A DNA stretch of 64,000 nt from Gemmatimonadota bacterium (lineage in GTDB: Bacteria > Gemmatimonadota > Gemmatimonadetes > Palauibacterales > Palauibacteraceae), in contig JBDHAC010000017.1 in assembly GCA_039588275.1 (NCBI GenBank), positions 1-64,000 on the forward strand, in the 5' to 3' direction. Of the stretch, positions 58,430-64,000 are shown in pieces. A program made the translations under genes and the position numbers. Position 1 is the first letter of the stretch, and each line of letters opens with the position of its first letter. The notes under the pieces were generated by a model. It worked only from the letters and a program-made list of their open reading frames with translations. It did no database searches and was not told the DNA's origin.

Positions 58430-59340
58430 CCGGTCGCCACCGGCCCGCCCGCGTGAATCTCGAGCTGGCGGGCGGCGGCCGCGACCGTGTTGCGCAGGAG
58501 CATGGCGATCGTCATCGGACCCACACCTCCCGGGACCGGAGTAATCCACGCGGCGCGCTCGGCCGCTTCCTCGAAGGCGACATCGCCGACGAGGCGGTAA
58601 CCCTTCTCCTTCGAGTCGTCCGGAACGCGGTTGACGCCCACGTCGATCACGACCGCACCTTCGCGCACCATGTCACCCGTCACCATCTCGGGGCGGCCTA
58701 CCGCGACGATGAGGATCTCCCCTTGCCGCGTAACCTCCCCCAGGTCATGCGTACGGCTGTGCGCCACGGTGACGGTGGCGTTGGCCCACGGTTCTTTCTG
58801 CAACAGGATCGCGGCCATCGGCATGCCGACAATGTTGGACCGCCCGACGATGACCGCGTGGCGGCCGGTCGGGTCGACGCCGGTGTGCTTGATGAGCTGT
58901 TGGATCCCCGCAGGTGTCGCCGGCCTGAAGGCGAGGGGATCGCCGCTCGCGACTCGCCCCACGTTCGTTGGATGGAAGCCGTCGACGTCCTTCGAGGGGA
59001 GCACTCGCTCCATCACCTCGGTCTCGTCCAGGTGATCCGGTAGCGGGAGCTGGACCAGAATCCCGTGTATCCCCGGGTCCTCGTTCAGCCCGTCGACGAT
59101 GGCGAGCAGCTCTTCGCGCGAGATGTCAGCCGGGGGCTTGATATCCCGAGCCATGATGCCGGCCTCCTCACAGGCGCGGGTCTTCATCCGAACGTACACC
59201 TGCGACGCCGGGTCCTCGCCGACGAGGACGACGCCCAAGCCCGGCTGCACCCCCTGCTCCGCGAGCCCCGCGGCACGTTCCGCGACCTCGGCTCGAATGT
59301 CGGCCGCGATCGCCCGACCATCGATCAGCTTCGCTCCCAT
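58426..59340 (-). CDS. folD: Methylenetetrahydrofolate dehydrogenase/cyclohydrolase
   Basis: GILVQLPLP, KDVDGFHP, GRSNIVG.P, TPVPGGVGPMT. Confidence 0.96.
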   Translation of the reverse strand: MGAKLIDGRAIAADIRAEVAERAAGLAEQGVQPGLGVVLVGEDPASQVYVRMKTRACEEAGIMARDIKPPADISREELLAIVDGLNEDPGIHGILVQLPLPDHLDETEVMERVLPSKDVDGFHPTNVGRVASGDPLAFRPATPAGIQQLIKHTGVDPTGRHAVIVGRSNIVGMPMAAILLQKEPWANATVTVAHSRTHDLGEVTRQGEILIVAVGRPEMVTGDMVREGAVVIDVGVNRVPDDSKEKGYRLVGDVAFEEAAERAAWITPVPGGVGPMTIAMLLRNTVAAAARQLEIHAGGPVATG

Positions 59341-59371
59341 GATATGTCCTCCAAGAGGCGGCTCCGCTCGG

Positions 59372-60922
59372 TCAGCGAGCGAAGTCGACCGTGCGTGTTT
59401 CGCGAACGACGACGACCTTGATCTGCCCCGGATATTGGAGCTCGTTCTCGATCCTTCGTGCGGTCTTCTCGCTCAGCTGCTCCATCTCTTCATCGGTAAT
59501 CTTGTCCGGCGTGACCATGATGCGGATCTCTCGCCCAGCCTGAATCGCGTACACCTTCTCCACGCCCTCATATGAGCTGGCGATCTCCTCGAGCTTTTGC
59601 AGCCGCTTCACGTAGTGCTCGAACGACTCGCGGCGTGCACCGGGGCGTGCGCCGGAGATGGCATCGGCCGCGGTCACGAGGAACGTCTCGGGGAAGCGCG
59701 CAGGCTCGTCTCCGTGGTGCGCTCGGATCGCGTTCAGCACCGCTTCGCTTTCCTCGCAGCGCTTGCAGAGCTCGTATCCGATCTCGACGTGGCTGCCTTC
59801 CTGTTCGTGGGTGAGCCCCTTCCCGATGTCGTGCAGCAAGCCCATCCGCTTCACGAGCGCCGTGTCCAACCCGAGCTCGGTTGCCATGTTCGCGGCGATC
59901 AGCGCTACCTCTCGCGCGTGCATGAGCTGATTCTGTCCGTAGCTGGTGCGGAACCTCAGATGGCCGAGCACCTCGACCAGGTTCCGGTGCAGGTCATGGA
60001 TCCCCAGCTCGTACAGGACCTCCTCGGCCGCCTCCTGCATCGATTTCTTGACGTCTTCCTGGGCTTTTTCGACCACCTCCTCGATGCGGCCCGGGTGAAT
60101 CCGACCGTCGGCGACCAGACGCTCCATCCCGATCCGCGCGACCTCGCGCCGGACGGGATCGAAGCTCGACAGGATCACGGCTTCCGGGGTGTCATCGACC
60201 ACGACGTCGACGCCGGTGGCCGCTTCGAAGGATCGGATGTTCCGGCCTTCGCGCCCGATGATCCGACCTTTCATGTCATCGCTCGGCAGGGCGACGACGG
60301 ACACGGTGGCCTCGGAGGAGTGATCCACGGCCAGCTTCTGGATCGCCATGGAGATGACTTTTTTTGCCTCGCGCTCGGCCTCGCGCCGCGCTCGCTCACG
60401 CATCTCGCGTACGTGCTGGGCGGCCTCGGCGCGGGCTTCGTCCTCGATCTGACTGATCAGTTGCCGGCGGGCTTCTTCGCGGCTCAATCCCGACAGGGCT
60501 TCCAGCTTTTGCCGCAGCTCTCGAGCTCGATCCGCGAGCGCCGCGGCCTGCTTCTCCGCTTCCTCTTTCTCACGCTCCAGCCCGTCCCGACGCTCATCGA
60601 GTCGGACCTGGCGGCTATCCAGCATCTCGAGCTTCCGATCGAGCAGTTCCTCGCGCTCGACTGCGCGCTTCTCCAGGCGCTCTGCCTCGGCCCGACGGCG
60701 CTCGGCCTCACGAGTCCACTCCTCACGGAGCTTCTGTGCCTCCTCACGTCCGGCGAGCTCGGCCGAGCGTCGAATTCCGTCAGCGTCCCGCTGCGCGGCG
60801 TCCAGGATCGCCTGGGCATCCTGCTCGACCTTCCCGCGATGCCGTCGAATCGCGACCCGCGCGGCGAACGCACCGACAACAGCGGCTGCGATCGCGACGA
60901 GCGCGACGGTCTCAACGTTCAT
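59372..60922 (-). CDS. rny: Ribonuclease Y
   Basis: N-terminal TM, coiled coil, KH (KGRIIGREGRNIR), HD (LLHDIGK), YAIQAGRE. Confidence 0.96.
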   Translation of the reverse strand: MNVETVALVAIAAAVVGAFAARVAIRRHRGKVEQDAQAILDAAQRDADGIRRSAELAGREEAQKLREEWTREAERRRAEAERLEKRAVEREELLDRKLEMLDSRQVRLDERRDGLEREKEEAEKQAAALADRARELRQKLEALSGLSREEARRQLISQIEDEARAEAAQHVREMRERARREAEREAKKVISMAIQKLAVDHSSEATVSVVALPSDDMKGRIIGREGRNIRSFEAATGVDVVVDDTPEAVILSSFDPVRREVARIGMERLVADGRIHPGRIEEVVEKAQEDVKKSMQEAAEEVLYELGIHDLHRNLVEVLGHLRFRTSYGQNQLMHAREVALIAANMATELGLDTALVKRMGLLHDIGKGLTHEQEGSHVEIGYELCKRCEESEAVLNAIRAHHGDEPARFPETFLVTAADAISGARPGARRESFEHYVKRLQKLEEIASSYEGVEKVYAIQAGREIRIMVTPDKITDEEMEQLSEKTARRIENELQYPGQIKVVVVRETRTVDFAR

Positions 60923-60982
60923 CTCGGCACCTCAACGATCTATCAAGCGATGGGTGATCCGAACCTCGTCACACCCCAAAAC

Positions 60983-61013
60983 AAGAAAAACCGGTGGTTA
61001 CATCGTCCACCGG
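60983..61013 (-). terminator. Intrinsic terminator downstream of the 6S candidate
   Basis: CCGGTGG/CCACCGG stem followed by TTTTTCTT on the minus strand. Confidence 0.7.
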
Positions 61014-61020
61014 CACGCTT

Positions 61021-61184
61021 CGATCGAGGCACGGCCTCGGAGCGAAGGTCCGTCGGCATTCCGATCGAGCCCTCGCCATCTATCTTTCACGCCAGTATAG
61101 GTTTGCGGCACACCGCAGACGACGTTGCTGCGATCAAGTTGCCGGGGCCTATCGCGCACCGCAAGCGAGCCCTCCGTGCGATGT
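61021..61184 (-). ncRNA. ssrS: Candidate 6S RNA
   Basis: Lies between zapA and rny (a typical ssrS position); folds as a long interrupted rod (GCACGG/CCGTGC, GGCA/TGCC, TTGATCG/CGATCGG, CGTCGTCT/AGATGGCG). Confidence 0.6.
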
Positions 61185-61185
61185 C

Positions 61186-61482
61186 CTACGACTCGAGCGC
61201 CCCCTCGAGTCGGGCCGTGACCTCCGCCAGTCGCTCGCGCACCTTCTGATCCAGCCCGGCCGCCTCCGCTCTGGCCCGGAACAGCTCATCGGTGATCTTC
61301 ATCGCGGCGAGGATCGCGGCTTTGTGAGGCTCGGTGATGTGCCCGCCGATGTGCGCAGCCTGTATCGCATCGTCCACGTAACGGGCACACTCTCGGGTGT
61401 ACTCCTCGCCGAGGTCGGTGCGAATCTGGTAATCCTCGCCGAAGATCGTGACGCGAACCGCCTTGCGATCCTGGGCGCTCAT
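61186..61482 (-). CDS. zapA: Cell division protein ZapA
   Basis: VRVTIFGEDYQIR, A.YVD, AILAAMKITDELF. Confidence 0.9.
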   Translation of the reverse strand: MSAQDRKAVRVTIFGEDYQIRTDLGEEYTRECARYVDDAIQAAHIGGHITEPHKAAILAAMKITDELFRARAEAAGLDQKVRERLAEVTARLEGALES

Positions 61483-61799
61483 AGCTCGTCCTCCACGACC
61501 TCGAGTCGAGTTCGAATCCGGTTCGCGCGCTCACGGGCTTTCTCGAGCACGTCCCGAAGCCGCTGGTTCTCTTCGTTCAATTGGGCGAGCCGCTCTTCGA
61601 CGTTGGCCGGCACGGGCGCGCCTTCCGCGCCCTTTACGGCCTTGCGGAGCTTCTCGTATGCGCCCTCGCAACTGGCGGCGCGCTCCGTGACGGACTCCAG
61701 CTCCGAAGCCACGCGGCCCACGGCTTCGCTCAGCCGATCCAGTATCGCGTCGACTTCGCTCACCCTGTCAGGCACTTCAAGATGTTCGGATTCGGGCAT
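61479..61799 (-). CDS. ZapB-like coiled-coil protein
   Basis: Coiled coil (LAQLNEENQRLR) between pheT and zapA. Confidence 0.7.
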   Translation of the reverse strand: MPESEHLEVPDRVSEVDAILDRLSEAVGRVASELESVTERAASCEGAYEKLRKAVKGAEGAPVPANVEERLAQLNEENQRLRDVLEKARERANRIRTRLEVVEDEL

Positions 61800-64000
61800 C
61801 GAACTGCTCCTCGAGTGCCGATGTGATCGCCGTCATCTCGGCGTCCACTTCCTGATCCGTGAGCGTACGGTCCCCGGCCCGGAAGCGAAACGCCCAGGCC
61901 AGGCTCCGTCGCCCCGCGTCGATCTCCTCGCCGGCGTAGACGTCGAACAATTGTACGCTCTCCAGCAGCTCTGACGCGCGCTCCCGGATGGCGTTCTCGA
62001 TCGCACGGGCCTCGGCATCCAGTCTCACCGTTACGGCCAAGTCGCGCCGCACCGCGGGGAAGGGTGAGAGCGGTCGGTGCGACGCCGCCCGCCCGAGGGC
62101 CACGCTCGCGAGGTCGAACTCCATGGCCCAAACGCTACCGCCCCACGGAGGCGCATCCACGGCGCCGTCGCGGACCCGACCCGCCACACCCACGGTCTCG
62201 CCGTCCCGAACCAGGCGAAAGCGCTCCGCACCCAACCATGCGCCATCCCACGGCGCGGCGATCGGCTCACCGTCGGGTAGGGGCTCCAGCATCGCGCCAC
62301 ACAACCGGGCGGCCGTCTCAGCCGCCAGACCCTTCAGGTCCCACAGCCCGACATCTTCCGACTCCGTCGACCAGTGTGCCGGATCCCGCTCGCCCGTGAT
62401 CAGAACGCCCACGCGGAGCTGTTCGTGGAAACGGTCGATCCCATCGGCGGCGGCATCCGACTCGCCTGCCCCTCGCCGCGCATCCGAATACCGGAAGACC
62501 GTCCCGATCTCGAACAGGCGGATGTCGCGGCGACCCCGGGCGTAGTTGTGCTCCGCCCGGCGCAGTAACACGGGAACGAGGGCGGCGCGCAGATAGCTCT
62601 CTTCGGCCGACAACGGATTCGGGACCGCCACCTCCGCTCGATTCCCTCGGTGTTCCTCGGGCATGAAGCTGAGGCTACGGGCCTCGAGGAGCCCCCGCGC
62701 CACGAAGAACTCTCGGACGCGGTCGGCCTGCGTCCAGGCCTCGTCGTTCGGCACCACGCTTGGCCGGAAACGCCGATCTTCGTGCGGAAAGTTCTCGAAC
62801 CCGAAACGGCGCGCGACTTCCTCCACGAGGTCGATCTCACGGGTCACGTCGCGGCGCCAGCCGGGGACCCGGAAGCCGGATTCCTGGCGAGTGAACCCGA
62901 TCGGCGCGAGCAAGCGCTCGAGGTCTTCGGGTCCGGGGTCGATCCCCAGCACCTGTTTCACCCGGGCCGGTCGGAGCGGGATCACGGCGAGATCCGGAGC
63001 CCCGACTCCTACGCGAATCCCGTCCGGGTCCGCGGTACCGCCCGCGATCGCGAGGATCAGCTCGACACACCGCGTCAGGGCGGCCTCGAGTCCATGCTCG
63101 TCGATGCCGCGCTCGAAGCGGTATGACGCATCGGTGTCGAGGGAGAGCGAGCGGCTCGTCGCCCGTACAGCCGCGGGCGCGAAGGCGGCGCACTCGATGA
63201 ACAGATCGGTCGTCTGCTCCGTGACCTCGGTCTCCTCTCCACCCATCACGCCCGCCAGCGCCACCGCCCGGTCGCGATCGGCGATCACCGTGACCGACGG
63301 ATCGAGCGTCCGAGCCTCGCCATCCAATGTGACGAGTCGCTCTCCCGCGGCACCCGCTCGGACGCGGATCTCCGACCCACTCAGCGTCCGCAGGTCGAAC
63401 GCGTGGATCGGTTGGTTGAGCTCGAACAACACGTAGTTGGTGGCATCCACCACGTTGTTGATCGGACGTGCGCCGATGGCGAGGAGTCGACCCGCGAGCC
63501 AGGACGGAGAGGGACCGACCGTCACGCCGCGAATCATGGCACCCAGGTATCGACTGCAGCGGTCAGGCGCCTCGATCGCGACCTTCACACCCGCTGCGGA
63601 GGCCTCGCGCTCGCCCTCCAGCCACTCGGCCGTCCAGCCGGGGCCGCCCACGTCGCGGAGTACGATCTCGGCCGGGTCTTCGCGCACCAGCTCGCGCGCG
63701 ACCCCGACATGACTCGCCAGATCGACCCGATTCGGATTCAGATCGAGGGACAGCCGCACGTCCGGCAGCCCGAGCGCCTCGACCAGCGGTCGTCCGGCCT
63801 CGAGCCCGTCGGGGAGCCGCATGATCCCACTCTTGTCGCGCCCCAGGTCGAGCTCCGCCTCCGAGCACAACATCCCGTGGCTCATCTCTCCGCGGATCTT
63901 CCGGCTCTCGATCCGGAAGCCGCCGGGGAGCGTGGCGCCGGCGGGTACGTAGGGATACAAGGCACCCTTCTCCACGACCGGGGCGCCGCACACCACGTCG
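61777..64000 (-). CDS. pheT: Phenylalanyl-tRNA synthetase beta subunit (5' end outside window)
   Basis: VVCGAP, SHGMLCS, INNVVDATNY, SYRFERG, EIDLVEEVAR, C-terminal FDX-ACB (RTLTDQEVD). Confidence 0.97.
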   Translation of the reverse strand, partial: DVVCGAPVVEKGALYPYVPAGATLPGGFRIESRKIRGEMSHGMLCSEAELDLGRDKSGIMRLPDGLEAGRPLVEALGLPDVRLSLDLNPNRVDLASHVGVARELVREDPAEIVLRDVGGPGWTAEWLEGEREASAAGVKVAIEAPDRCSRYLGAMIRGVTVGPSPSWLAGRLLAIGARPINNVVDATNYVLFELNQPIHAFDLRTLSGSEIRVRAGAAGERLVTLDGEARTLDPSVTVIADRDRAVALAGVMGGEETEVTEQTTDLFIECAAFAPAAVRATSRSLSLDTDASYRFERGIDEHGLEAALTRCVELILAIAGGTADPDGIRVGVGAPDLAVIPLRPARVKQVLGIDPGPEDLERLLAPIGFTRQESGFRVPGWRRDVTREIDLVEEVARRFGFENFPHEDRRFRPSVVPNDEAWTQADRVREFFVARGLLEARSLSFMPEEHRGNRAEVAVPNPLSAEESYLRAALVPVLLRRAEHNYARGRRDIRLFEIGTVFRYSDARRGAGESDAAADGIDRFHEQLRVGVLITGERDPAHWSTESEDVGLWDLKGLAAETAARLCGAMLEPLPDGEPIAAPWDGAWLGAERFRLVRDGETVGVAGRVRDGAVDAPPWGGSVWAMEFDLASVALGRAASHRPLSPFPAVRRDLAVTVRLDAEARAIENAIRERASELLESVQLFDVYAGEEIDAGRRSLAWAFRFRAGDRTLTDQEVDAEMTAITSALEEQFDARIRTS

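Overview
GC-rich bacterial chromosomal window whose gene content and protein style suggest Gemmatimonadota (inference). Most genes are on the minus strand. The right end is a conserved housekeeping run: pheT-zapB-like-zapA-(6S RNA candidate)-rny-folD-xseA-xseB-ispA-nadK-recN. The left end holds citrate synthase, pepA, an outer-membrane protein, yicC and the start of gmk. The middle carries secreted peptidases and hydrolases (S46, DmpA-like, amidohydrolase, VPS10/BNR), trkAH, ETF-QO, a two-component pair with a degenerate HD-GYP regulator, an operon with two RND permeases, a Ca2+/H+ exchanger and tRNA-Cys. The most unusual part is 41.8-49.2 kb, a tRNA-Leu(CAA) integration hotspot with four copies of the tRNA sequence, all containing the anticodon loop CTCAAAA. 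One copy is intact, one is a 3' half with an 84-nt palindromic stretch replacing the T-loop, and two are 5' halves fused to the same ~120-bp arm, in inverted orientation. The region also holds two families of tandem arm-type repeats, a tyrosine-integrase C-terminal remnant and cargo genes (frameshifted Ser/Thr kinase, BNR/sialidase-like lipoprotein, small lipoprotein). All calls come from reading the sequence; no searches were run.
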